This document shows positions 1 through 10,900 of a DNA stretch of 64,000 bases, in pieces (position 1 is the first letter of the stretch; every line of letters starts with the position of its first letter). The notes under the pieces were generated by a model. That model had not been told where the DNA came from. It searched no databases and saw only the letters and a list, made by a program, of their open reading frames with translations. Location of the stretch: sequence record SRR22947725_4314, one strand, 5' to 3'. Made by a program: the position numbers and the translations under genes.

Positions 1-984
1 GATGTCGTCGCCGAAGCGCTCGTTGAGCGTGTCGAGGGTGTAGCGGCTGAGGTCCATCTCGTGCTGCCGGATGTTAGCCATGCCGACCGACTCGAGAAAC
101 TCGACAGCGGCAGCGAGGCCGACAGCTTCGACGATCGGGGGTGTGCCGGCCTCGAACTTCGCCGGAACCGGTGCGGTGGTGAAGCCGTCGAACGTGACGG
201 TGTCGATCATGTTGCCGCCACCGATGAACGGCGGCATCGCGTCGAGGATCTCCATGCGTCCCCACAACATCCCGATGCCGGAAGGTCCGCACATTTTGTG
301 ACTGGAGAACGCGACGAGGTCGGCGTTCCACGATTGCACGTCGGTGACGTTGTGGGGAACGAACTGGCAGGCGTCGACGACGGCAAGCGCGCCGGCGGCA
401 CGGGCCCTGTTGCACAGGAGAGTGATCGGCGTGATCGTGCCGAGCACGTTGCTCATTGCGGTGAACGAGAAGACCTTGGCACCGTCGAGAATGGTGTCGA
501 TGTCGGTCAGGTCAAGTTGGCCGTCGGCGGTGAGCGGGACCCAGCGGATCTGGATGCCGCGCTCTTGAACGAGCATCATCCAGGGCACGATGTTGGCGTG
601 GTGCTCCATCTCGGTGAGGACCACGACGTCGCCTTTGTCGAGGTTGGCGCGGCCCCAGGCCATGGCAATGAGGTTCATCGACTCGGTGGCATTCTTGGTG
701 AAGACCACTTCGTCGGGTGAGCTCGCGTTGACCAGTCGAGCAATCGCGATTCGACCCTGTTCGTATGCATCAGTGGCTTCGCCGGCGAGCCGGTAGGAGC
801 TCCGGTTGATCGGTGCGTAGGTGTCCTCCATGAAGCTCGACATCGCGTCGATAACGCGGCGTGGCTTCTGGGACGTGTTGCCCGAATCGAGATACACGAG
901 GGGTGCACCATCGATCTCTCTCGACAAGATTGGGAACTGCTCGTTGATGGCGTCCTGGTCGAAGGCCATTGCCGTGTCACTCAC
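1..984 (-). CDS. sufS: SufS-family cysteine desulfurase (3' end runs off the window)
   Basis: Manual translation gives MAFDQDAINEQFPILSREIDGAPLVYLDSGNTSQKP..., EHHANIVPW and FSSHKMCGPSGIG (PLP Lys). The GTG start overlaps the sufC stop (GTGA). Confidence 0.93.
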   Translation of the reverse strand, partial: MSDTAMAFDQDAINEQFPILSREIDGAPLVYLDSGNTSQKPRRVIDAMSSFMEDTYAPINRSSYRLAGEATDAYEQGRIAIARLVNASSPDEVVFTKNATESMNLIAMAWGRANLDKGDVVVLTEMEHHANIVPWMMLVQERGIQIRWVPLTADGQLDLTDIDTILDGAKVFSFTAMSNVLGTITPITLLCNRARAAGALAVVDACQFVPHNVTDVQSWNADLVAFSSHKMCGPSGIGMLWGRMEILDAMPPFIGGGNMIDTVTFDGFTTAPVPAKFEAGTPPIVEAVGLAAAVEFLESVGMANIRQHEMDLSRYTLDTLNERFGDDI

Positions 985-1766
985 GCCTGCACCGCGCTCG
1001 CCAGACGAAAGGCGTCGTACCCGTCCTGCTCGAGTTCAGCAGCAAGTTCCATCGCGCCGCTGGCCGCGATATGGCCGTCGACGAGGATGTGAATGTGATC
1101 TGGAGTGACTTCGCTGAGCAGTTGCGGGTCGTGGGTGATCAGCACGACACCCATGTCGGGCCGGTCGGTGCGGACGTTGCGGATTCCCTGTGCGACGATC
1201 CGTAGCACGTCGATGTCCCATTCCGAAACGGTCGCGTCCAGGATTGCGACCTCGGGTTTGAGGATGGCCATCTGCATGAGGTCGTTGTTCGCCGATTCGA
1301 CGGCGGAGAATCCTTCGTTCAGATGTCGATCAGCAAAGGCCGGGTCGATGCCGAGGCGCTCCATCCAATCCGTCGTGGCGAGGCGCAGTTCGGGTACCGA
1401 GAGGTCCATGCCCTTGCGAGTCGACAAGGCCTGGCGGAGGAACTGGATGACCGAGACGCCGGGGATCACCTGAGGGTCGTGGAACGCGAGGAACATGCCA
1501 GCCTTGGCCCGCTCGTCGACCGGCCACTCCGTGATGTCGTCGCCCTTGAACTCGATCGTGCCGCTGGTGACCTCGTACTGGTTGGAGCCCATCAGGGTTG
1601 CGCCGAGCGCTGACGCACCTGATCCACTCGGCCCCGTGATGGCGTGCACCTCCCCAGCCTTGACGGTCAGGTTGAGCCCACGCAGGAGTGCGTCTTCTGC
1701 GCTGCATGTGGGGGACTCGGCAGGCTGTGCGTGGAGGTCGTCAACTCGAAAGAGGGGAGCGGTCAC
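981..1766 (-). CDS. sufC: SufC-like Fe-S assembly ABC ATPase with degenerate motifs
   Basis: GEVHAITGP, ERAKAGMFLAF..P..IPGVS, LNEGFS and ITH match SufC, but Walker A, signature and Walker B are altered. GTG start lies 7 nt after TAGAAT. Confidence 0.85.
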   Translation of the reverse strand: MTAPLFRVDDLHAQPAESPTCSAEDALLRGLNLTVKAGEVHAITGPSGSGASALGATLMGSNQYEVTSGTIEFKGDDITEWPVDERAKAGMFLAFHDPQVIPGVSVIQFLRQALSTRKGMDLSVPELRLATTDWMERLGIDPAFADRHLNEGFSAVESANNDLMQMAILKPEVAILDATVSEWDIDVLRIVAQGIRNVRTDRPDMGVVLITHDPQLLSEVTPDHIHILVDGHIAASGAMELAAELEQDGYDAFRLASAVQA

Positions 1767-1900
1767 AAACTTGATTCTACGCGCCGTCAACAATTACTCC
1801 TACCGTCGTAGTGCAAATTGCGGTGAACCCGCGAGCATTTCGTTTGCGTACCCACCAGGGGCCGCTGGACGGCAGTAAACGCGACGCAAACGGGGAGCGG

Positions 1901-3247
1901 CTATCGGATGCGTTCGATGTGGCGAGCCACGACGTGCTCGATCGCTTCTTGGCGACCACTCACCGGCTGCGGGTCGAAGGTCTCGTCGCCGAGGACGGCG
2001 TCATGCAGCGCTTGCAGCGTGACCTCGCCATCGAGAATGCGCTGCTCGTTGGACCAACCGGCGTAGCGGTCGGCGCGGCGGCGATCGATCTCACCGTCTT
2101 CGATGATCGAGGCCGCGGCAAGCAGCGAGCGGGCCATCGTGTCCATCCCGCCGATATGGCCGAAAAAGAGGTCGTCGCGGGCGATCGACTGGCGGCGCAA
2201 CTTGGTGTCGAACATCAGGCCACCGGTGGTGAATCCGCCGCCCCGCAGAATTTCGAGCATGCCGAGCGTCATCTGCTCGACCGACTTGGGGAAGAGGTCG
2301 AGGTCCCAGCCAAGCCGGTCGTCGCCGGCATTGGCATCGATCGAACCAAAGATGCCTGCGTTGACCGCAGTAGCGACCTCGTGATGGAAGTCATGCCCGG
2401 ACAACGTCGCGTGGTTGACCTCGATGTTGACCTTGATCTCGTCGGCAAGTCCGTACGTCTGGAGAAAGCTGTGCACAGTGGCGACGTCGTAGTCGTACTG
2501 GTGCTTGGTCGGCTCCATCGGCTTCGGTTCGATCAAGAGCGTGCCCTCGAAACCAATCGCGTACTTGTGGTCCACGACCATGTTCATGAATCGGCCCAGC
2601 TGGTCGAGCTCGCGCTTCATGTCGGTGTTGAGCAAGGTCTCGTAGCCCTCACGCCCACCCCACAGCACGTAGTTCGAGCCCCCGAGGCGATGCGTGGCGT
2701 TCATGCAATGAGCGACCTGCGCCGCGGCGTAGGCGAACATGTCAGGGTCCGGGTTGGTTGCAGCCCCGGCCATGAAACGCGGATGGGAAAAGGCGTTGGT
2801 GGTGCCCCACAGCAACTCGATGCCAGTCCGTTCCATATGGCCAGCAGCCTCGTCGGCCATCTCGTCGAAGAAGCGGCATGTTTCGGCGAATGAGTTGCCG
2901 GCGGGTGCGATGTCGATGTCGTGGAACGAGAAGAATGGTGCACCCAACTTTTCGATGAACTCGAATGCCGCACTCATCTTGAGCTTGGCGGCCGCCATGG
3001 GATCCATCGCGGCGTCGCCCGTCCGAGAGGCCGAGTTCCATGGACGGTCGAGCGTGCCGGCGCCGAAGATGTCGGATCCGTCCCAAGCAAAGCTGTGCCA
3101 GTAGCAGACACCGAAGCGAAGGTGCTCAGCCATGGTCTTACCCAGGACTGTTCGGTCGGCGTCGTACCAGCGGAAGGCGAGCGGATTGTCGGAGTCCGGC
3201 CCCTCGAAGAGAATGGGGTCGACGTCAAAGAATGGTGTGTTCATCAC
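1901..3247 (-). CDS. xylA: Xylose isomerase (long, class II type)
   Basis: [52 protein letters not shown]. Confidence 0.97.
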   Translation of the reverse strand: MMNTPFFDVDPILFEGPDSDNPLAFRWYDADRTVLGKTMAEHLRFGVCYWHSFAWDGSDIFGAGTLDRPWNSASRTGDAAMDPMAAAKLKMSAAFEFIEKLGAPFFSFHDIDIAPAGNSFAETCRFFDEMADEAAGHMERTGIELLWGTTNAFSHPRFMAGAATNPDPDMFAYAAAQVAHCMNATHRLGGSNYVLWGGREGYETLLNTDMKRELDQLGRFMNMVVDHKYAIGFEGTLLIEPKPMEPTKHQYDYDVATVHSFLQTYGLADEIKVNIEVNHATLSGHDFHHEVATAVNAGIFGSIDANAGDDRLGWDLDLFPKSVEQMTLGMLEILRGGGFTTGGLMFDTKLRRQSIARDDLFFGHIGGMDTMARSLLAAASIIEDGEIDRRRADRYAGWSNEQRILDGEVTLQALHDAVLGDETFDPQPVSGRQEAIEHVVARHIERIR

Positions 3248-3277
3248 CGATGATCGTAGGGCACCAGGTGCTGGCCG

Positions 3278-3565
3278 TCAGTCGTGGTCCCGAAGGTCTT
3301 CTTTCCAGGCCCGGAAGCGATCGTGTTGCTCACCGCTGGGGCCGGCACCTTGTGCTGAGCCGTCAAAGAAGAGGCGCAGGGTGAACGCACGGGTGAGGTC
3401 ATCGGTGTGTGCGGCCCAGTAGCGAGCGTCGCCGTGCTTGGCCGGGCCAGCACGCCACAGAATCCAGGGCCCGATGCGGCGCTTGTATTCGGCCGTCGGT
3501 TGGCCAGGGAGATCGTCACCGAGCGCAAGCAGAGATGCTGGGGCTTCGATCCAGGCCGTGGCCAT
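3278..3565 (-). CDS. Hypothetical protein (95 aa)
   Basis: ORF MATAWIEAP... fills the gap between same-strand genes and has protein-like composition. Confidence 0.6.
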   Translation of the reverse strand: MATAWIEAPASLLALGDDLPGQPTAEYKRRIGPWILWRAGPAKHGDARYWAAHTDDLTRAFTLRLFFDGSAQGAGPSGEQHDRFRAWKEDLRDHD

Positions 3566-3651
3566 GATGTTGCGGTCACGGACCGGTGTCGGCGGCAGGT
3601 CGCTGGTGTGGGTTGGCGTGTGGTCAGCGGGCCGCTCGTTGTATTTCACGG

Positions 3652-4281
3652 CTACCAGCCGCGTTCGATCCACGCTTCGAGGTGGGGGCGCTCGGCGCCG
3701 ATCGTGGTGTTGTCGCCGTGCCCTGGCAGGACGATCGTCTTGTCGTCGAAGGTGAACAGGCGGTCGGTGATCGAGCGGATGATCGTGTCGAAGTCACCGA
3801 TGTCTGACTTGGTGTTGCCGGGCCCGCCGGGAAAGAGTGTGTCGCCGGTGAAGAGCAGCGGGGTGTTCTCCAAGGCAAACGAGATCGAACCCGGCGTGTG
3901 GCCGGGGTTGTGGATCGAATGCAAGCGCAGCTTGCCGACTTCAATCACCTCGGTGTCGTCAAGGAATACGTCGTAGCCCACTTCGGCGAGCATCGGGGCG
4001 TCGAGTTTGGTCACTGCCACCTCGTAGCCGGCTTCGCGCATGGCAGGGATGGCTTGGATGTGATCCCAGTGTCCGTGTGTTTCAAGTACCCGCTTCACTC
4101 CGAGTGCATCGCACAGTGCGAGGAGCTGATCGTGCTCGTCGGCTGCGTCGAGGAGGACGCCCTCGCCGGTGGCTTTGCAGCGCACGACGAACACGTTGTT
4201 CTCATACGGCCCCACGACGACCTTGTGCACTTCGGTGTCGGCGTCGGACCAGTGCAGGGTGCTGCTCACGTTCGATGTCAT
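3652..4281 (-). CDS. MBL-fold metallo-hydrolase (glyoxalase II-like)
   Basis: THGHWDH, PGHTPGS, FTGDTLFPGG, LPGHG. Confidence 0.93.
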   Translation of the reverse strand: MTSNVSSTLHWSDADTEVHKVVVGPYENNVFVVRCKATGEGVLLDAADEHDQLLALCDALGVKRVLETHGHWDHIQAIPAMREAGYEVAVTKLDAPMLAEVGYDVFLDDTEVIEVGKLRLHSIHNPGHTPGSISFALENTPLLFTGDTLFPGGPGNTKSDIGDFDTIIRSITDRLFTFDDKTIVLPGHGDNTTIGAERPHLEAWIERGW

Positions 4282-4334
4282 GTGAGCATTCTGCCAGCCG
4301 CCGCTCGGCCAATTCGCCCGGTACTGTTCGGCAC

Positions 4335-5756
4335 GTGGCACGTCGCACGAAGATCATCGCAACCATCGGCCCGGCCTCGGAGGACGAAGCAACGCTCGAG
4401 GCCATGATCGAAGCAGGCATGGACGTGGCGCGCATCGCCCTCGCTCACACGCCGCTCGACGAGGCCTTGACACGGCACCAACGTGTCCGCGACGTCGCTG
4501 CCCGCATGGGCAGGACGGTCGGCACGCTGGTCGATCTGCCCGGTTCGAAGATCAGAATCGGGCGCGTCGCGGTCGAGGGTCTGGACTTCGAGATCGGCGA
4601 CACGGTCAGCTTGGTCGTCGGCCACGAAGTGAGCACGGCCGATCGGATCGAGATCGACTACGCCCATCTGGTTGATGACTGCCACGTGGGAGATGAGATC
4701 ACCTTTGCCGGGTCTGTCGTCGTCTCGGTCCTGCAGGTCAAGAGCGACGAGGTTGTGGCGAGGGTCGTGTCGGGCGGAACGCTGAGTGGCCGCGCTGGCG
4801 TCTTCATTCCGTTCGGGTCCGCCGAATACCGTCCGCTGTCCGATGAGGACCGCGCCGCACTTGCCGCGTTCGTCGAGGTGGGTGTCGACATGGTGGCGAT
4901 GAGCGTCAATGCCGGACGCGACCTGCGTCAGCTCACTGTCGAGCCACACCCTCGCGGACCGATGGTCATCGCCAAGATCGAAACGTTGGCGGCGGTCGAG
5001 AATCTGCCCAGCATCATCGAAGACGCCGCCGGCATTCTTGTTGCGCGTGGTGCGCTCGGCCGCGAGGCGGAACTTGAGGAGCTGCCGCACCTGCAGAAGC
5101 AAGTGATCCGTGACTGCATTGCGGGCGGCCTGCCGGTGATCACCTCCACGCAAATGCTCGACTCGATGGTCACTGCACAGGCGCCGACCCGCGCCGAAGC
5201 AACCGACATCGCCAACGCAGTGTTCGACGGCACCTCGGCCGTGATGCTCTCAGCTGAGACGGCGATTGGCGACCACCCGGCCCTCGTTGTGGAGACGATG
5301 TCGCGCATTGCCGAGCGCTCTGACGATTCGTTCAACCACGGCAGCTGGGCCGAGCGCGTCGCTGCGCTGCGCATGGCCGACCAGGATCACAGCGAAGCCG
5401 CGATCACCGATGCGGTCACGATCTCGGCCGCTCGGGCTGCGCAGGAGCTGCGGGTTCGTGCGCTGCTCTGCATCTCGGCGAGTGGGTTCACCGTTCGTTC
5501 GATGGCGCGCTTTCGTCCGAGCTCCAAGATTCTCGGCTTCAGTGGCTCGCACGCAACGGTGCGTCAGCTTGCGTCAAGTTGGGGTGTCACCCCGGTGTAT
5601 TTCGAAGGTGCGACTGCTGAGTACGAAGAGCGTGTGCGCCTTGCGGTGTTGCAGGCCAAGCGCGAGCGCCACGTTGCCAGCGGGGATCTGATCGGGGTCG
5701 TGGCGGGGATCTCCGCTGCGTCGACCGACACGTTCCGTCTCATGCGCGTCCCGTAG
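4335..5756 (+). CDS. pyk: Pyruvate kinase-like protein (divergent active site)
   Basis: RRTKIIATIGPAS, IAKIE, TQMLDSM..PTRAE.TD.ANAV.DG..AVMLS.ETA.G, plus a C-terminal domain. Confidence 0.88.
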   Translation: MARRTKIIATIGPASEDEATLEAMIEAGMDVARIALAHTPLDEALTRHQRVRDVAARMGRTVGTLVDLPGSKIRIGRVAVEGLDFEIGDTVSLVVGHEVSTADRIEIDYAHLVDDCHVGDEITFAGSVVVSVLQVKSDEVVARVVSGGTLSGRAGVFIPFGSAEYRPLSDEDRAALAAFVEVGVDMVAMSVNAGRDLRQLTVEPHPRGPMVIAKIETLAAVENLPSIIEDAAGILVARGALGREAELEELPHLQKQVIRDCIAGGLPVITSTQMLDSMVTAQAPTRAEATDIANAVFDGTSAVMLSAETAIGDHPALVVETMSRIAERSDDSFNHGSWAERVAALRMADQDHSEAAITDAVTISAARAAQELRVRALLCISASGFTVRSMARFRPSSKILGFSGSHATVRQLASSWGVTPVYFEGATAEYEERVRLAVLQAKRERHVASGDLIGVVAGISAASTDTFRLMRVP

Positions 5757-5939
5757 CCCCTGTCGCGTCGTCCTTTGTCGCGAACTCGGCGAAGAATGGG
5801 GCGAATTGCTGGGCACAGCGCGCCGAGAATCGCTCGTCGCTCTCGCTCGGGCTCTCGCTTGTCGCTCTGGTTGGCGCTTAGGTTGACGGCACGTACGCAT
5901 CCGATCACCCGGAGCGTGCCGTGGAACGACGGCGAGGAT

Positions 5940-6878
5940 TCAGTCGGTCCGTCCGAGCATCCGCCTGTAGACGTGGCGGCCGCGTGTGCCGGCCAGTGCA
6001 GCGATCCGGCGTCGAGCGCTTCCGTAGAGTTGTTGGGCCGGCCCAGGAGCATTGTGTGATGCATCCACGTGCGCCCGGAGCGCAGCGAGTTCTTCGGCCT
6101 GGGCCTCAAGCGCTGTCGCCGCAGCCTGCTGGTTCATGGCCGCCGACGCTTCAGCGGCCATGCGTTTCGCGCGGCGTGACTCGAGCTCGTTGGTCAGGGC
6201 GCCGGCCTTTACGGTGGAGAGTGTGCTCACGGCTCCGTCGTTCGAGGTTGTATCTGACCACTGCCGTTCGAGTGTGGGCAGGTCCAACAGCGAGTCGTCG
6301 AGCAGTGCTCGTTGGAGTGCCGACCGGCGGTGAAAGCGATCGCGGCCCTCAGCGTCCCAGTTCGGCTTGCGGAGGATGAGAATCGAGTCTTCCCAATCGA
6401 GATTGCCCCAATCCGTGAATGCGTCGACGAGTTCGCCGCCGATGTATTCGTTGAGCGCAACGAAACCATCTCGATAGAACCGCCAACAGTCGACGGGATA
6501 TCGATGCTCGAAGCCGCCAGAGGGAGCGATGATGACGGCGAGCCCACCTGGTCGGAGCACGCGCACGATTTCGAACGTGGAGGCCCAGAAGAACTCGACG
6601 TGTTCCAGCGCCTGTCCGGAGATGACGATGTCGACGGAATCACTCGGGACTTCGGCCCAGTTGTAGGCATCAGCAACGACGATGTCGACGTTGTGTCCCT
6701 CTTCGATATCGAGGCCCTTGTACTGCCAGCCGGGAGCGTCAAAAAGTGGCCGGTACGACTGTCCCTGGCTGTCGACGACTTGACTACCGAAGTCGAGGAT
6801 GTCGAGGGCGTCGTCGCGGTGGGCGTCCAAGCAGATGTCGACGAATGCGCTCATTTTCTCGTGCGAGGAGTCATGCAT
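5940..6878 (-). CDS. Class I SAM methyltransferase with C-terminal coiled coil
   Basis: ILDFGS, ISGQALEHVEFFW, RVLRPGG, EHRYPVDCWRF; Ala/Glu-rich helical tail. Confidence 0.88.
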   Translation of the reverse strand: MHDSSHEKMSAFVDICLDAHRDDALDILDFGSQVVDSQGQSYRPLFDAPGWQYKGLDIEEGHNVDIVVADAYNWAEVPSDSVDIVISGQALEHVEFFWASTFEIVRVLRPGGLAVIIAPSGGFEHRYPVDCWRFYRDGFVALNEYIGGELVDAFTDWGNLDWEDSILILRKPNWDAEGRDRFHRRSALQRALLDDSLLDLPTLERQWSDTTSNDGAVSTLSTVKAGALTNELESRRAKRMAAEASAAMNQQAAATALEAQAEELAALRAHVDASHNAPGPAQQLYGSARRRIAALAGTRGRHVYRRMLGRTD

Positions 6879-7029
6879 GGCGGCGAACGCTACAGGCCTC
6901 GGTAGCTGACTGCCGCCCTTGCATCCTCGCGTGGGGATCATGGGAACGAAGCAGAGCACCTGGACCGGGCCAACCGAGTTCTGAGACACATGTAATGGCG
7001 CGAAGCGCCACGAAGTCGACAATACTCAG

Positions 7030-7995
7030 ATGATGAAAACCGAGCTCAACGTCGTCCCAGAGCCTGCCGAAGAGAAGCACGCGTATTGGGAGCGGTACGC
7101 AGCCCCGATCGACCTCGACAACACCAATGACTCGCGCGTCGTCGTGCTTAGTTGCCTTCCGGCACTGCCCCAGCGGGTGCTCGAACTGGGATGCTCGGCC
7201 GGGTTCATGACAAAGGTGATGGCGGAACAGGGCCATCAGGTCACCGCTATCGAGATCGACCCAGTCGCAGCAAGCTTCGCTCGCCCCTTTGCTGATCGAG
7301 TGCTTGTCGGTGATCTCGACCACGTCGACAGCGACGGAGTACACCTGTTGAGCGAACTCGAACTGGGTGCATATGACACGCTGATCGCTGCCGACGTTCT
7401 GGAACATCTTCGCGACCCGCTCGGTTGCCTTCGTCGTGCCCGCGAGCTCGTGAAGGCAGACGGGCGGGTGATCTTGTCGATCCCCAACGTCGCCCACGGT
7501 GACGTCAGGCTCGCTCTTCTTGCTGGACGATTCGACTACCGGGATGATGGGTTACTGGATCGGACACACACCCAGCTCTTTACATTGGAAGCGCTCGTCA
7601 CGATGATTCGCAGCGCCGGTCTGGCGCCCGTGGACTGGAAGCGTACGCAGCGGCCGATAGGGGAATCCGAGATCGAGATCGACGAAAACCTGCTGGAGTT
7701 CGGGCGTCAGATTCTCGCTGACGATCCCGAGGTCGAGACGTACCAGTGGATCGTTTCATGCCAAGACGCCACGGTGGCAGGATCGAACGCGATCTGGCCC
7801 GAGCTGCAGGCCGGTGAGTCCGTCGTCGCCCACGCTGTCGACATGATGAACGCTCCGGTTGCTGAACCCGATCGGAAGGGCGATGTCCTGACGGCTGAGA
7901 AGGCTGGCAACTCAGTGGTAGCGAGGCTTGGGCGGCGCCTGCGACGCATATTGTGGATGTGTCGTGATCGGTTGGTCGTACGGCTCAATCGCTGA
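7030..7995 (+). CDS. Class I SAM methyltransferase (glycan-locus type)
   Basis: VLELGCSAG, ADVLEHLRDP, SIPNVAH, GLLDRTH. Confidence 0.9.
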   Translation: MMKTELNVVPEPAEEKHAYWERYAAPIDLDNTNDSRVVVLSCLPALPQRVLELGCSAGFMTKVMAEQGHQVTAIEIDPVAASFARPFADRVLVGDLDHVDSDGVHLLSELELGAYDTLIAADVLEHLRDPLGCLRRARELVKADGRVILSIPNVAHGDVRLALLAGRFDYRDDGLLDRTHTQLFTLEALVTMIRSAGLAPVDWKRTQRPIGESEIEIDENLLEFGRQILADDPEVETYQWIVSCQDATVAGSNAIWPELQAGESVVAHAVDMMNAPVAEPDRKGDVLTAEKAGNSVVARLGRRLRRILWMCRDRLVVRLNR

Positions 7996-7999
7996 GCCT

Positions 8000-10900
8000 C
8001 TACTGCCGTCGACCGCTGAACAGATCGTTGCTCACGAACGAGCCGAAAATCTCTTCGAGGTCTCCCATCACCGGGTTCATCGAGGTCTCAAGGGCACCGA
8101 TCACCAGAGTGGGCTCAACTCGCTCGTCGAGCAGCTCGGGCCCAAACCTTTCGATGTGGTCGTGAACGAATCTGAGAGCTGCAGCTTGGGCGGTCTCGAC
8201 GTATCGACGAAGCTCAAGAGGCGCAGCCGTGCTTGAGTCACACATGACGCGCAGTCCGCGTGAGTCCGCGACAAAACGCGAGACTTGCGGATGTGCCGCA
8301 GAGCAGAGCAGCTCAAATTCCAACGCGCGTTCGTAGATCGGATTGGAGTTGCCGAATACAGCGTCGCGACCGAAGCAGCTCAATGCTGTGGAGCCCAGTT
8401 CGTTTGCTGCTGCGGTGGTGACGTAGTAGAGACCTGTCATCTGCTGATCGATGAGTGGGCTCAACGCCTTCTGGGTCGTGCCGGAATAGCCGAGATCCAC
8501 GAATCCGAGGTGTTCGTCCGGACCGATGTCGAGAAAGCTGAGGTATGCCCTGAATGCCGCCAACTCGCGCCCGCCGTGGGCCGCGATGTCGTGGCGGAAT
8601 TCGTCGAGTTGGTCTCTCAGCCATGCTGCGTCGCGTGGAAGTGAGACCGGGGTGGCGCCGAGTCGAGCGCCGCGGTCACCAGGAAGCGTGAAGCCGAGTC
8701 GTACGTCGAGAAGGTCACTGACGGAACCGTTGCTGTAGTCGGCAGCACAGACGTTGTCGAGGTGTTCTCCGTCATGCTGCGAGAGAGCCAGAGCGATCCG
8801 TCGAGACATGAAGAAGTAGTCGGCACGCGGGAGATCAGCCGGAAGGAATGGCCGAACACGGCGAAAAACCTCAAGAGCGAGGTGTCCGTCGCGCGCGGTG
8901 AATAGAAGGCGATCGATCTTGTGGTCTCGTGCCGTGTGTGTGAGCCAACTCACGAAACCTAGGGTGATTGGGCCGAGCACCCCGTATCCGAATTTCTCCA
9001 TTGCGGTGGTCTGAGGAGATTCTCCTGTTGGCCCCGGTCGTTGGGAGCCTGAGAAGAGGGCTGCGAGGCCATGCCCGCCGACCAGTTGCGTTCCCGTGCG
9101 AACCGCTGGCGCCAACTGCGAAGTGTTGACCCCCCAAAAATGGGCGACTGATCCAGGGGAGGGAATGTGAAACGTATTGATGCCGCGATCAGACGCCTGT
9201 TGAATGTCGGAGAATTCGTTATCGCCAATATGAAGCCAGCGACCAGGGGCGGGTGTTTCGAGCTCGCGGACGAGGTCCCACATGGAGCCGGTGTCTTTGC
9301 GCGCTCGACAGGCATTCGAGACGTAAAGGTCGTCGAGGAGATCACCTGCGCCGATCTCTGTCAGCAGCGCCTCGATGGCCTGAAGCGGTTGTGTCGTGTC
9401 CGTCATGAGGACGTACCGACGCGGCGGACCGTCAAGCCCACTCCGTTTCGATCGGTCATGCAGGAGCTCATCGATCAGCCAGGTCCGTGGAATTGCGACT
9501 CGATGTTCTAGATCCAACTCGAGCCGCTTGAGCTGGTTCAATCCTTCGGCTTGGGAAGGATGCTCGGCGCACGCTCGTGAGTAGATCTCATTCAGTGTCA
9601 CGTCGCCGGAAATCTCATTGCCTCGACGGAGTTGAGATTCTGACTCTCGACGGAGTTGAACTAACTGGTGCCCGGAGTGCGGCAGACGATTTAATACCGA
9701 CGGTGCTGCATCGAACTGGCGACTGAGCACGTCGAATAGTGCATCAGGGTCGAGTGCTGGACGGAGTAGGAGTGTGTCGAAGAGGTCGATGCTGACAAGG
9801 TCGGCCGATTGCAGCGCTGCGCGCAGTGCTTCGGGGTCCGACGCACCGAAATCGGGAGCGTTGCTGAGCGACCAATTCCGTCGCCATTGTGCGGCGGAAT
9901 AGTCGAACTCGACCGTGTCGAACCCAACAGACGCTGCGGCAGCAGGAATTGTTCGTTCGATGGCGTGTGCGAGCGTCCTGTCGGTCTGGCCATGTTCGCG
10001 ATCGAAGTCGCCGACGGTCAAACCGAGATCGAGGAGTGGTCGGAGGGCATCGACCTTTGCCCAGAACATTCCACCGACCGGGTACATGACGTAGCCGTGG
10101 GCTTGGCGATCATCAACACCGAGGCGTTCGTACAACTTGGCACCCACCGGGCCGTTGCCGAGCCAATGGTTGCCCCAATAGGGGAAGTGTTCCCAGTTCG
10201 GAGCCTGGACGACGCCGACGGTCGGGTCGTCGGCGAAGAGGCTCAGAATCGCGTCGACCCCCGGAGCCGACGGCAGGAGTGAGGTGACGAGATGGTTGCG
10301 CCAATCTGATTTCTCGTCGCCCGAGTACAGCGACTTCTTGGTGTGGAGGTGAAGCAGGTAGTCGTGATCGCGGACCTCTTCGGCGAACGAGCAGAGTAAC
10401 GGTGCGAAATTGCGACCTCGGTTCGGCGCCACTTTGACGATCCGAGATTGGTCCGGCCCAAGGACCGTGTCGATGATTCGATGTGCCTTGGACGCGTCGG
10501 CCCTACAGGTAACGCTGACGAGCAGCACCGGTGGAGCGGGCAGCAAGGGAAGCCGGCGGAGCAGTGACGGAAGAACGTCGAGGTAGTAGGCGTGGACCAT
10601 GACGACGATGTCCAGGTCCGCGAGTTCGAAGGGAGCTCTCACCCGGTGTTGTACGAGCTGTCGGCTGGCAGGCTGACCGATCGGTGCCACGCTGACGACT
10701 CGAGGGCGAATCAACTGATCATTCGCAGCGGCGTCCTGGTCGAGCCAATGGTCGAGCGGATGCTGATCGATGCCCGCTGCAGCGAGCTGCGACTGATAGT
10801 CGGCGTGGTCGAACATTGGGCTCGGGTTGTGCCCGGTGCGGTAGTAGTGCACCAGCGGTTGCATGCTGTCGAAGCTGGTGGCGTCGGATGCGTGTCTCTG

